Shown: positions 33,922 through 42,880 of the stretch, in pieces
Numbering within the stretch: the first letter of the stretch is position 1
Layout of the letters: each line of letters begins with the position of its first letter
NCBI GenBank assembly: GCA_023480825.1
Contig: JAMCWQ010000077.1
Coordinates: 1-47,088, forward strand
Reading direction: 5' to 3'
Length of the DNA stretch: 47,088 nt
Origin: Chloroflexota bacterium
GTDB taxonomy: Bacteria > Chloroflexota > Chloroflexia > JAMCWQ01
Made by a program: the position numbers and the translations under genes
Notes under the pieces: generated by a model
Database searches by the model: none
Told to the model about the DNA's origin: nothing
Seen by the model: only the letters and a program-made list of their open reading frames with translations

Positions 33922-34358
33922 CAGTGGGATCGTTCGTAGACAAGGCGCATCAGCCAAGCATGGAGGAGGTCGTTGAGGCTCTGGGAGAGAGCCACGAGGC
34001 CTGGTGGCAACTAATCCAGCACATTCGCGAGGGCTACCGGGTGACCGAGGAATTCAAGTTCTATGGGAAGAAGCTTGGCTGGGCGCTCCGCTTTCGCAAA
34101 GGTGGGCAGGCCCTGCTGTCACTGTACCCGGGCCCCGGCAACTTCACTGCCCAAATAGTGCTGGCGGCATCACAAGCCGAGACAGCGCTTTCACTCCCGC
34201 TTGCAGAGGGAACAAAAGGAGCGATCGCCGAGGCATACCCCTATCCGGAAGGGCGGTGGGTATTCCTGGTTGTGAAGTCGATGAATGAGCTGGAGGACAT
34301 CAAGAGACTGCTCGCGGTGAAAACACCGGCGAGGCAAAAGCGGGCGGCTCCTGCCTAG
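33918..34358 (+). CDS. DUF3788-like protein
   Basis: FYGKKLGWALRFRKGGQALLSLYP...EGRW...DIKRLLAVK pattern. Confidence 0.75.
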   Translation: MTVGSFVDKAHQPSMEEVVEALGESHEAWWQLIQHIREGYRVTEEFKFYGKKLGWALRFRKGGQALLSLYPGPGNFTAQIVLAASQAETALSLPLAEGTKGAIAEAYPYPEGRWVFLVVKSMNELEDIKRLLAVKTPARQKRAAPA

Positions 34359-34403
34359 GAATGACTCATACTATTTCACGCTGTGGCAACCAGCAATAGA
34401 ATT

Positions 34404-34438
34404 CAGTAGCCATGGCTGGGACACAGCCATGGCTACTG
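34404..34438. repeat. GTAG...CTAC REP-like inverted repeat / bidirectional terminator between convergent genes
   Basis: CAGTAGCCATGGCTG-GGACA-CAGCCATGGCTACTG, a perfect 15-bp stem. Confidence 0.7.
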
Positions 34439-34444
34439 TAGCTC

Positions 34445-34978
34445 TTACTGCAACGCTTGGAAGGGCAATGTCACAGCCGCTATCACTAGAGCGATGATCG
34501 CGCTGACAACCACGAACAGGATGAATCCGATAATTGCAGTTACGATGGCCTTGCTGGTATCGAACTCCATCGATTCGCGAATGGCGATGATTCCGGCTAT
34601 CAGGCTGAGAATGCTACCGGCCAAGCTGAAGATCCAGCCGATACAAGGTATGAAGCCGAGCACGCCGATGAGGCGTGGGGAGTTGGCGTAGCCCAGGGTT
34701 CGCAACATCTCTACGATGCTGCTCCTTCCGCCAAACAGTTTAGCTCCAATGAAGTAGGCGACCACAGACCAGAGAACCCAGCCGAGCAGCAGGCTGTTAA
34801 TCACTGTAGTCACGTAAGTGACCGCTGCACTCGGATGGAAGGACACGACACCGATAGAGGAGATGAGGGCCACGATAACGGCGACAAGAGCGCCTTCGCC
34901 GGTGAGGCTGGGGTTGTCTGCTACTTCCCTGAAGAGACGTGAGTCGAGTTTGATGGCACGCCACATTCGATCAATCAT
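34445..34978 (-). CDS. YIP1-family membrane protein
   Basis: About 5 TMs and LRTLGYANSP...FIPCIG; ATG after AAGGAG. Confidence 0.8.
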   Translation of the reverse strand: MIDRMWRAIKLDSRLFREVADNPSLTGEGALVAVIVALISSIGVVSFHPSAAVTYVTTVINSLLLGWVLWSVVAYFIGAKLFGGRSSIVEMLRTLGYANSPRLIGVLGFIPCIGWIFSLAGSILSLIAGIIAIRESMEFDTSKAIVTAIIGFILFVVVSAIIALVIAAVTLPFQALQ

Positions 34979-35220
34979 GTTGGGGGTCTCCTTCGCAACT
35001 TGTAGTGTCTTGTAGCTATATCGGCGTTCCGAAGGGGTGTCTTGATACCTGCGCAGGGAATCCACCCAGGATGTTGAAACACTCTGCGCGAGCGTTCAAG
35101 ACTCCACCGTTTCTTACATGTTATCTCACCTCCTCCGGCCTCAGATTGGGCACTCGGGCTGAGAGACGCTGGCCACAGCCTACAGCGGCTCATACTTTTG
35201 TTCGCCCGGTGTTGGAGTAG

Positions 35221-36585
35221 TTAGCGCTCTCCGGCCGATTCCACTGCGGCCAGAAACTCCTGCGCCATCCGCAAGGCCGCGTCTTTGTCATCCGGAGCCA
35301 ATCGACCTTCCAGCACTTGCTCGAGAAGGTACTCTTTGACCTCGCGTATCCAGGGACCCGGCGGCCGGTCGAACACGCTCATCAGCTCGTTGCCGTCGAG
35401 CGGGCTCTTCATCGATTCGACCGCTTGCTCGGCAATCAACTCGTTGCAGCGCTCTTCAGCCTCTGCGATTCTCGTCAAGGCAGCCATAACCTTTGCCGGC
35501 CGGTAGCTGGTGACGTCCGCCCGGGAAAGCGCAAATAGCGGCTCCAGCTCGTCGCCCGCTTCACGGATAAACCGGCGAACAGCGCCGTCCGTCCAGTCGC
35601 TGGAGTACTGGTTCACTCTCGTGTGCAGGAGGATGAGCTTGGAGACGGTATCGGTCATGCGCTGGCTAAGCCTCAGCCGGCCCATTATGCGCCTGGCCAT
35701 ATCGGCGCCAACGAATTCATGGCCGATGAAGTGAACGTCCCCACCCTGCTCGGAAAATGTGCGTGGCTTTCCGATATCATGCAGCAGTGCAGCCCAGCGC
35801 AGGGTGAGGTCTGGAGGCGTCTTCTCAATGACTTTGAGCGTGTGCTCGAAGACATCCTTGTAACGTCCCTTGCCGCCGGAAAGCTGCCGGAGCTCCAGCA
35901 CTTCGGGGATCACAAAGTCCATCAGTGCCAGGTCGCAGAGCATCCTGACACCCCGTGCAGGGTTGGAAGACAAGAGAATCTTGTTTGTCTCCTCGGCGAT
36001 GCGCTCCTTGCTGATCTTTTCCAGAGTGGAGGCGCAGGCCTGAAGTGCCCCGCGAGTTGCCGGATCGATGGTGAATCTCAGGTCTGCCGAGAACCTCACA
36101 GCACGCATGATGCGCAGCGGATCTTCGGCAAAGCGTTCTTGTGGGCTACCCACGGCCCTAATCACCTGTGCTTCCAGATCTACGAGACCGCCAAATGGGT
36201 CGATGATCTTGCCCGTGCCTATCTCCTGAGCAATGGCATTTACCGTGAAGTCTCTACGTGCCAGGTCTTCTTCAAGTGTTGTGCCAAAGCACACCACCGG
36301 CTTGCGTGACTCTGGATTGTACCACTCTGAACGGAACGTTGTGATCTCGACCTTCTGGGTTCCGAAGATCACTCCGATTGTCCCGAACTTCTCGCCAACA
36401 GTGTAGATGCTGTCTGGGTTGGCGAGTCTCACCAGCTCCTTAGTCTCTTGAGGGAGGGAATCAGTTGCGAGGTCAATATCCTGTCCGGCGCGTCCCAGCA
36501 AGCGCTCCCGGACGGAGCCTCCGACGATGAACAGTTGCCGCCCGGCTGCAGTGAAGACATCATGAAGGCGGGATACGTTTCTCAT
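35221..36585 (-). CDS. cca: CCA tRNA nucleotidyltransferase (class II, with HD domain)
   Basis: VGGSVR..DIDLAT, RRDFTVNA, EDPLRIMRA.RF, ERI and LLHDIGK. Confidence 0.88.
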   Translation of the reverse strand: MRNVSRLHDVFTAAGRQLFIVGGSVRERLLGRAGQDIDLATDSLPQETKELVRLANPDSIYTVGEKFGTIGVIFGTQKVEITTFRSEWYNPESRKPVVCFGTTLEEDLARRDFTVNAIAQEIGTGKIIDPFGGLVDLEAQVIRAVGSPQERFAEDPLRIMRAVRFSADLRFTIDPATRGALQACASTLEKISKERIAEETNKILLSSNPARGVRMLCDLALMDFVIPEVLELRQLSGGKGRYKDVFEHTLKVIEKTPPDLTLRWAALLHDIGKPRTFSEQGGDVHFIGHEFVGADMARRIMGRLRLSQRMTDTVSKLILLHTRVNQYSSDWTDGAVRRFIREAGDELEPLFALSRADVTSYRPAKVMAALTRIAEAEERCNELIAEQAVESMKSPLDGNELMSVFDRPPGPWIREVKEYLLEQVLEGRLAPDDKDAALRMAQEFLAAVESAGER

Positions 36586-36643
36586 TTCACCAGGAGTCCA
36601 GGACTACCAACGTCGTAAAGGCCATGATGCACCGAATGGGGCA

Positions 36644-37066
36644 TTATCGCGGACCTTTGCCGAGCCAGCGACGAAAGTCGCTCTGCAGGGTGCGCCACCA
36701 CTGCCAGCGGCCCGCAATCGGCCTGCGCCGCACTGGCTGGCCGCGCCAGTACTTGGGATTTCCGGAGGTCGCTTGCTTAATGGACAGGAAGATTGGGCTG
36801 AGGAACAGAATGACACCGGCGATTGCCATTATGGTGGCTGCAAAGTGCAGCTGGAAGTTGACAATGAAGGCCAGCACAATGAGCCCGACACCGGAGAACA
36901 GCAGTATGGTCGAGGTATCGTAGGCACCGCGGATTCGCCACCGGCGCGCAGGACGCCGCTGCTTCCAGCGCTCGCGGTCCCTCTTTTGCCAGTTGTCATC
37001 GGCTTCGGCACGGCGCTCCGCCCCGCGCAGTATGTCTTCTATTTCCTTCTCGTACTTACTAGGCAT
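36644..37066 (-). CDS. Hypothetical membrane protein
   Basis: KYEKEIEDIL N-terminus, two TMs and a basic/Trp-rich tail; start chosen at the ATG after AAGGGGA. Confidence 0.7.
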   Translation of the reverse strand: MPSKYEKEIEDILRGAERRAEADDNWQKRDRERWKQRRPARRWRIRGAYDTSTILLFSGVGLIVLAFIVNFQLHFAATIMAIAGVILFLSPIFLSIKQATSGNPKYWRGQPVRRRPIAGRWQWWRTLQSDFRRWLGKGPR

Positions 37067-37133
37067 TTCCCCTTGACGAGCCTCCATACTCATTGTACAC
37101 TAACGCAGTTTTCACTGTCAAAGAGATACTATT

Positions 37134-37697
37134 GTGACAAGCCTGCCCGAAGTCGCCAATTCACGCCTCACCATACCACTAGCCGTTCGCTTCGTGGGGG
37201 CGGCGGTCCTCGCCCTTGCGGCTACTGTAGGCGTGCTTCTACTGCCCTTCGACTATAGCGCCATGGGGAGTTATGGCTATCTGGGTGTCTTCGCCGTCAC
37301 TCTCCTCGCTTCCGGCGGGCTGGTGGTCCCCGTGCCATACCTTGCGATAGTAGTCGCGGCAGGCACGTATCTGAATCCGGTACTGGTTGGCTTGGTTGCG
37401 GGTCTTGCCGCTTCCCTGGGGGAACTGACGGGATACATACTCGGGTATAGCGGACGCGGCGTTGCCGAGAAAGTTCCTTTCTACCATAAGGCCGAGGGAT
37501 GGATGAACCGCTACGGGCTGGCAACCATCTTTGTGTTGTCTGTGGTTCCCAACCCGCTCTTCGATGCGGCAGGGCTGGCAGCCGGGGCGCTCCGTGTGCG
37601 GGTATCGCGCTTCTGGATGGTCTGCTTCGTGGGCAAGACCATCCGCCTGATTGGCATAGCAGCCCTGGGTGCTTATCTGCCTAGCTGGTTCTCCTGA
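37134..37697 (+). CDS. DedA/VTT (SNARE-associated) family membrane protein
   Basis: GELTGYILGY, PNPLFDAAG and GKTIR. Confidence 0.85.
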   Translation: MTSLPEVANSRLTIPLAVRFVGAAVLALAATVGVLLLPFDYSAMGSYGYLGVFAVTLLASGGLVVPVPYLAIVVAAGTYLNPVLVGLVAGLAASLGELTGYILGYSGRGVAEKVPFYHKAEGWMNRYGLATIFVLSVVPNPLFDAAGLAAGALRVRVSRFWMVCFVGKTIRLIGIAALGAYLPSWFS

Positions 37698-37706
37698 CCC
37701 ATTTTC

Positions 37707-37736
37707 TTGACACCGCTCGCTTTTGGATGGTACAAT
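37707..37736 (+). promoter_or_regulatory. sigma70 promoter of tRNA-Gly
   Basis: TTGACA-18 nt-TACAAT. Confidence 0.7.
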
Positions 37737-37751
37737 TTGCGCAGTTGCAGT

Positions 37752-37824
37752 GCGGGTGTAACTCAGTTGGCAGAGTGTCTGCTTCCCAAGCAGAATGTCG
37801 TGGGTTCGAATCCCATCACCCGCT
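37752..37824 (+). tRNA. tRNA-Gly (CCC), CCA not encoded (followed by CCG)
   Basis: GCGGGTG/CACCCGC acceptor stem, CTGC-TTCCCAA-GCAG anticodon arm, GGTTCGAATCC and U73. Confidence 0.95.
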
Positions 37825-37840
37825 CCGTTTACGGCATCAG

Positions 37841-37873
37841 TAAGAAGACAAGAGAGCCGCCTCCGGGCGGCTC
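37841..37873 (-). terminator. Terminator between tRNA-Gly and the toxin gene
   Basis: GAGCCGCC-TCCG-GGCGGCTC stem with a T-rich tail on the minus strand. Confidence 0.65.
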
Positions 37874-37879
37874 AGAGGC

Positions 37880-38143
37880 TTACTTGTAAGCCTTATCACG
37901 GGGCAGGACATTCAAGATAGTCATAATATCGTTCGGATCGCGGGTCTGTAACTCAAATACGATCCGGCACTTTCCGACTCTCAGTCTGAAACCATCGTCA
38001 ACCGTTTTCACCTTGGCAACATCACCTTGCCCTGACCGCGCAAAGCGCTCAATAGCTTTGCAGACGCGGTCAGCCAATGCCGGGTCAAGCCTTCGTAGTT
38101 CATGGTTGGCCTCGGTGGTCCACTGGATTATCGCTGGCTTCAT
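37880..38143 (-). CDS. Type II toxin, RelE/ParE family
   Basis: 87 aa; FRLRVGKCRIVF...ILNVLPRDKAYK resembles RelE RLRVGxxR...RxxxY. Confidence 0.85.
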   Translation of the reverse strand: MKPAIIQWTTEANHELRRLDPALADRVCKAIERFARSGQGDVAKVKTVDDGFRLRVGKCRIVFELQTRDPNDIMTILNVLPRDKAYK

Positions 38144-38418
38144 TAGCGGCGGTTTCTCAGCTCCCGGCAGACTTGTTTGTGGGGAATAGTCTCCCCGTGG
38201 CGTGCGCTCTCTCTCGAGCGCTCAATGGCCTCCAACTCGCTGGGGGTGAAAGAATCATCCTCCGGAGCGCTGGCAAGGATTTCTTTTAGTGATACCGGTT
38301 CATGGATTCGTGGATATCTGATGCGCAGTCTCTTAAAGAGCAGCCCTAGCCGTCCGGTCGCAGAGTCCCAGGCGGGAGCATGGAAAAACTCTTCGGCGTG
38401 CCGTCTGACGGACATCAT
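38143..38418 (-). CDS. Putative cognate antitoxin
   Basis: Overlaps the toxin start (TAATG); acidic APEDD...ELEAIERS...GETIPH C-terminus; strong SD. Confidence 0.75.
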   Translation of the reverse strand: MMSVRRHAEEFFHAPAWDSATGRLGLLFKRLRIRYPRIHEPVSLKEILASAPEDDSFTPSELEAIERSRESARHGETIPHKQVCRELRNRR

Positions 38419-38624
38419 TCCGCTCGCCTCCTCCTCGTTTTCGCGTGCCTGTCTAATTATACGGCAGCTCCTACAACTATTCTAGCATGGGACATGCCAG
38501 AGAATACTGGGCAATTATGGAGAACCTCAAAGAACCAGTCACGGGCGGCGCAATTGTAACTGAAATCTTGGATTGGTCAACAGTGAATTCGGGCCTGGCC
38601 CATCATCGGCCCCCAATTCATTAG

Positions 38625-40976
38625 CTAAATTTTCATACCCAGGGCACCAAGTACTTTCTGGGGAGTGATAGGAATATCGTCCACTCTCACCCCGATGGCA
38701 TTATAGACCGCATTGGCTATCGCCCTCGGACTACACGTCACCGTTCCTTCCCCGATACCGCACGCCCCATACTCCCCCGCTCCCCGCCATACCTCAAGCA
38801 GCACCGGCTCCATCTCGGGCATGTCCACCATCGTCGGCATCTTGTAGTCGATAAAGTTGAAGTTCAAGGGTACTCCCCTTATCGGGTCGTACACTATCTC
38901 CTCGGTAATCGCCTCACCCAAAGCCATTACCTGCCCACCCAACTGCTGGCTCTCGGCTCCACTCGCATACATCACCGTCCCCGCATCGTTGATTATCACC
39001 AGCTTCAGCACTTCTACTTTTCCGGTGGCGGTGTCTACCTCCACTTCGGCAAAGCTCGCAAAGTAGGGGATACCCGTCCGCTCCACGTTGGGCTTCCTGC
39101 TCACCATCACCGTTAAAGGCACCAAGTCTCCCTGCCACAGTAGCTCCTGAACGCCTATGCTTCGGTCGGGCCCGATTATCTTGCCATCACTTATCGTGAG
39201 CTTATCGGCACTTACTTCCAGCACAGGCTCTGCCAGCGCCAATATCTTGGCCTTGAGCTCCTCCGCCGCCGCCATCATCACCTCGGACTGTAGGAAGGCG
39301 ACTGCACTATCCGTCTGCACACAGTCCCTCATCCCCCTGTCCGTGTCCATCGTCTTAACCCAAGTTATATCCTCTACCCCTATCCCTAGATAGCTCAGTG
39401 CTTCGGCACAACCAAGCACGTTGCAGGTGTTGGAGCCTGTCCCTGTCTCTACCGTGGGAGCATCAAGGGTGACTGTGCCATCCGGGTACAAGCTTATCTT
39501 CGCCTGCACCTGCCCCCTTCTCTCCTCCTGCCACTCGGCATGCCAAGCAGGATGCACCGAGAAGCCCACCCCTCTCTTCTTGGTCCCCTCGTAGACCGGA
39601 CCCTCTCCCGCCTTGTGCCGCTTCTCTTGCCAGCCGATGCGCTCCGCTCCGGCGCCGAGCACCGCCTGAACACTTTGATCAGGCCTGGCGCTCCAATCAT
39701 GCCCTATGTTCTTTATGACAAGTTCCAGCGGGTCCATGTCCAGCCGCTCGGCCAGGCCGTCTATCATGCGACCGAATATGAAGTTGAACTGGGCGTTTCC
39801 TATCCCCCGCATCACGGAGCTGGGAATGCGGTTGGTATATACGGGGTGGGACTCCATCTCAATGTGCGGTATGGGAGCGAGCATTACCTCGCAGATCTCC
39901 ACGGGAACGAATTTCAGAGTGGCAACCGAATGATCGGCATGAGCGCCGACGTCGCCAATGGACTTGAACTGGAGGGCGGTGATGGTGCCGTCATTCTTCG
40001 CTCCCACTTTACAGTGATACAGCACCCGCTGGCGGGTATCGTGGAAGCTGTCGTGCCTCGTATGCCGGAACTTCACCGGCCTGCCCGCCCGCTTGGCTAA
40101 GAGAGCGGTCAAAAGGAAGAAGGGCTGGTCCCCTGTATCCCCTCTCCCAAACTGCCCTCCCACATACTCGCCCATAACCCGCACCTTGTGAAGCGGCAGC
40201 TCCAACATTTGACTTACGTGCATCTTGGTCTGGCTGGCCGCGTAGGAGTTGGAAATTAACGTTAGCCGGTCGTCCTGCCAGTAGGCCAAACAACACCAGG
40301 GATCAAGAGAACCTTGAGTGGGGTTATTGTGGGCGGTGTCCACCGCCAGGATCACCTCGGCCTCGGCGAAGCCCTTCTCAACATCCCCCTTGGTCAGGAA
40401 GACATCCGGGCCGCTTAGAGGATCAGGTGGCAACACATTATGTTCAGCGATATCTGGGTGGATGACCGGGGCACCGGGCTGCATGGCGGCTATGGGGTCC
40501 AACACGAAGGGGAGAACCTCCCACTCCACCTCCACCAGCTTCAGAGCTTCCTCCGCTATCTCCACACTCTCCGCCGCTACCGCTACCCCTACCTCATCCC
40601 CCGCCCACGTCGCATAGTCTCCCAATACCCGGCGATCACAGAATCCCCGCCAAAACATTTCCTCGTAGGTCCGTACGTCTGTTGCGTCAGTCCAGCCGGC
40701 GTTGGTGGGCTTGAGGGAGGCAACTTCCGGGTCCTTGTAGGTGAGAATGGCTTTGACACCAGCCAGCTTCTCCGCCTTGCTGGTATCCAGACTCTTTATC
40801 CTCGCCCTTGGATATGGACTCCTGAGCGCCCGGGCATGCAGTAGCCCCGGATACTTACCCTCACTTATCACATCATCTGCATAGGGAGCTCTCCCCTCCG
40901 CCTTCTCCCTGCCGTCTATCCTCGGACGATAACTGCTGATGAACTTCCGCTCTACCCTCGGCTTGTAAGCACTCAT
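38625..40976 (-). CDS. Xanthine dehydrogenase/aldehyde oxidoreductase family molybdopterin-binding large subunit
   Basis: LRSPYPRARI, GGQFG, MRGIG, EVEVDTATGKV, DYKMPT and GACGIGE...AIANAVYNAIG. Confidence 0.92.
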   Translation of the reverse strand: MSAYKPRVERKFISSYRPRIDGREKAEGRAPYADDVISEGKYPGLLHARALRSPYPRARIKSLDTSKAEKLAGVKAILTYKDPEVASLKPTNAGWTDATDVRTYEEMFWRGFCDRRVLGDYATWAGDEVGVAVAAESVEIAEEALKLVEVEWEVLPFVLDPIAAMQPGAPVIHPDIAEHNVLPPDPLSGPDVFLTKGDVEKGFAEAEVILAVDTAHNNPTQGSLDPWCCLAYWQDDRLTLISNSYAASQTKMHVSQMLELPLHKVRVMGEYVGGQFGRGDTGDQPFFLLTALLAKRAGRPVKFRHTRHDSFHDTRQRVLYHCKVGAKNDGTITALQFKSIGDVGAHADHSVATLKFVPVEICEVMLAPIPHIEMESHPVYTNRIPSSVMRGIGNAQFNFIFGRMIDGLAERLDMDPLELVIKNIGHDWSARPDQSVQAVLGAGAERIGWQEKRHKAGEGPVYEGTKKRGVGFSVHPAWHAEWQEERRGQVQAKISLYPDGTVTLDAPTVETGTGSNTCNVLGCAEALSYLGIGVEDITWVKTMDTDRGMRDCVQTDSAVAFLQSEVMMAAAEELKAKILALAEPVLEVSADKLTISDGKIIGPDRSIGVQELLWQGDLVPLTVMVSRKPNVERTGIPYFASFAEVEVDTATGKVEVLKLVIINDAGTVMYASGAESQQLGGQVMALGEAITEEIVYDPIRGVPLNFNFIDYKMPTMVDMPEMEPVLLEVWRGAGEYGACGIGEGTVTCSPRAIANAVYNAIGVRVDDIPITPQKVLGALGMKI

Positions 40977-41140
40977 TACCGCTCTCCCCTGGCCGCTATC
41001 TCCCTGGCTGAAGAGCCCCGATTATACCAGATAACCGGCGGAGTCGACCTCATCAAGCCCGCACTCGATGACGGTTGGTCTCAGCTTCATTCTGTCACAG
41101 ATACTCATTAATACCCTTTCACGATGGCAGGCGCGTAATG

Positions 41141-41170
41141 CCCCCCTGACAAGGGGGGAAGGGGAGTTGG
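41141..41170. repeat. Short C6-N6-G6 palindromic repeat unit
   Basis: CCCCCCTGACAAGGGGGGAAGGGGAGTTGG; related to the unit at 43273. Confidence 0.5.
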
Positions 41171-41330
41171 GTATTTGATGAGGAGGATGCCTGAGGAACC
41201 CGGAATTGGCAGCGTGAAAGCGCATAAGAAGTCCCAGAGGGGCATTGGCGGTTATAACGCGGAGCCCGGGCTGAAAGCGGCCATGACCGCGCTAATTCTA
41301 CCGGCCCGTGGTTTCACCTGCCGCGCAGGC

Positions 41331-42491
41331 CTAGGGCGTCGTTGGGGGGTTGCACACATTGCATGGTCTATATCCCGCCGCAATTGCCTCACTTGGCCTA
41401 TCCCAACAAATGAGATGGGTTATCCTCGCCACATACCGGCACGTCGGCTCGTGATACACGTCGCTTTCTGTGCTGCCACAGACCTCATACGTGGCCGGCT
41501 CCTGAGTGGGCTGCACGGTAGGCTGTGGCGGAGGAGTCGGGACAACTGTCGGCACTTCGGTTGGGATAGCTGTCGGGACCCGAGTGGGCGCTACGGTGGG
41601 TTCCTGATTAGGGCCTCCTGCGTATCCATACCGCCAGGTGAAATAGTGGCGGCCGATGTTTCCCATCTCCACCTGCCAGCCCTCGGGATTGCCAGGCGTG
41701 TAGGTCATAACGCGCCGCTCGAACGCCTGGATGAGCACCCACTTAACTTGCCCGGCCACTTTCGCCTGTGCCCAATAGGCTTCGGTGATCGGGAAACCGG
41801 TGGCAAAGAAGGTCGGATCGAACAACCTTCCCTCCCGGAAGGCCCCGGCCTCCATCACCAGGCCGCTCGAGTTGAGAAAATCCCAAAAGACACTGGCAAC
41901 GGCGTGATCTGTTTCGGGTACATAATAAGCGGCAGTCACTCCGGCCGGGCCGCCGGCTCCCACTTGACCGCTACGGTCCACAATCTCGGTCAACTGCTCG
42001 CCGGCGGCATGCGGTGTCCTTGAAAGTAAGCCGGCGAAGGTGGCGTAGGTCGGGCCATTGGGGTCGTCAGGATCGCCCGCTACCGGAATCTGAGCGGGAG
42101 ACCTTGCTTCGAAGTTGGCATCGCCTTTCTGAAGCTGCCCGCTAATGAGCTCTTTGGCCAGCAGCCCATTGGTCACGAACCATTGACTGCTCCTATCTCC
42201 ATAGGGATTGTTGATCTCCATCCGGCTCTTGTCGAAGTAGGTGACGAGGCGGGAGCCGCCGGCAGCTTGATCATACTGTTCCTGCCGGGTGTCGAAACTG
42301 CCAGGTCCCCACATCCAGGTGCGAGATACGCTGCCCTGCTGTACGGGAAGGTCGCTACGATTCCACACATTCTCGAGGGCCGGGTCGGGCAAGGACATGG
42401 GAGCTTTCAGCGCGGCATTCGATATCGTTGGCAACAAGACTACTACGGCAATAACCAAAGGGAGAACAGTGAGAAACACCTTGCGTTTCAT
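41331..42491 (-). CDS. Secreted protein: Chloroflexi-type surface domain, Pro/Thr linker and C-terminal Ada-like Zn-binding domain
   Basis: Signal peptide MKRK+hydrophobic+SNA; RTWMWGPG...YFDKSRMEI...VTNGLL domain; PTxxPT repeats; VYHEPTC...AIAAGYRPCNVC. Confidence 0.8.
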   Translation of the reverse strand: MKRKVFLTVLPLVIAVVVLLPTISNAALKAPMSLPDPALENVWNRSDLPVQQGSVSRTWMWGPGSFDTRQEQYDQAAGGSRLVTYFDKSRMEINNPYGDRSSQWFVTNGLLAKELISGQLQKGDANFEARSPAQIPVAGDPDDPNGPTYATFAGLLSRTPHAAGEQLTEIVDRSGQVGAGGPAGVTAAYYVPETDHAVASVFWDFLNSSGLVMEAGAFREGRLFDPTFFATGFPITEAYWAQAKVAGQVKWVLIQAFERRVMTYTPGNPEGWQVEMGNIGRHYFTWRYGYAGGPNQEPTVAPTRVPTAIPTEVPTVVPTPPPQPTVQPTQEPATYEVCGSTESDVYHEPTCRYVARITHLICWDRPSEAIAAGYRPCNVCNPPTTP

Positions 42492-42880
42492 TCGACACCT
42501 CCGTTGATGTTCGGAGGGCGGCGATTAGGAACACCAGTCCGGTTCCGAAGCGCCAAGGTGACTGGCAAATCTGGGGTGCCGTCCCCTTTGACAATCTCTC
42601 AAACCACACGAACGCCTTTGCCCGCAGGCATGCTGCTGGCACAGTGGCAGCTCTGATCATGGGAAGAAATCGGAAGGATGGCGCTGGAGGAAGATTTGCT
42701 GCCACCACAGCGTCCGATAGGGATGCAGATAGTGAGTGGCGCGTTCTTTTTCAGTACAAGCCAATTAGCGCGCAGCATTCGAAGTGGGTCAATAGGCCGA
42801 AATACCTATTCCTTAATGAAGATCAAAGCGCCGCTCGCCCTGGCAACAGCTCAAGTGAGCAGCGGCGCGTGCTTCTTCCG

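Noticed and set aside
42492-42880. c-di-GMP-I or other riboswitch upstream of the secreted protein
   Set aside because: GGCAAA and GGGACG fragments are present, but the GNRA-capped P2 and GCAAAG spacing do not fit the consensus.
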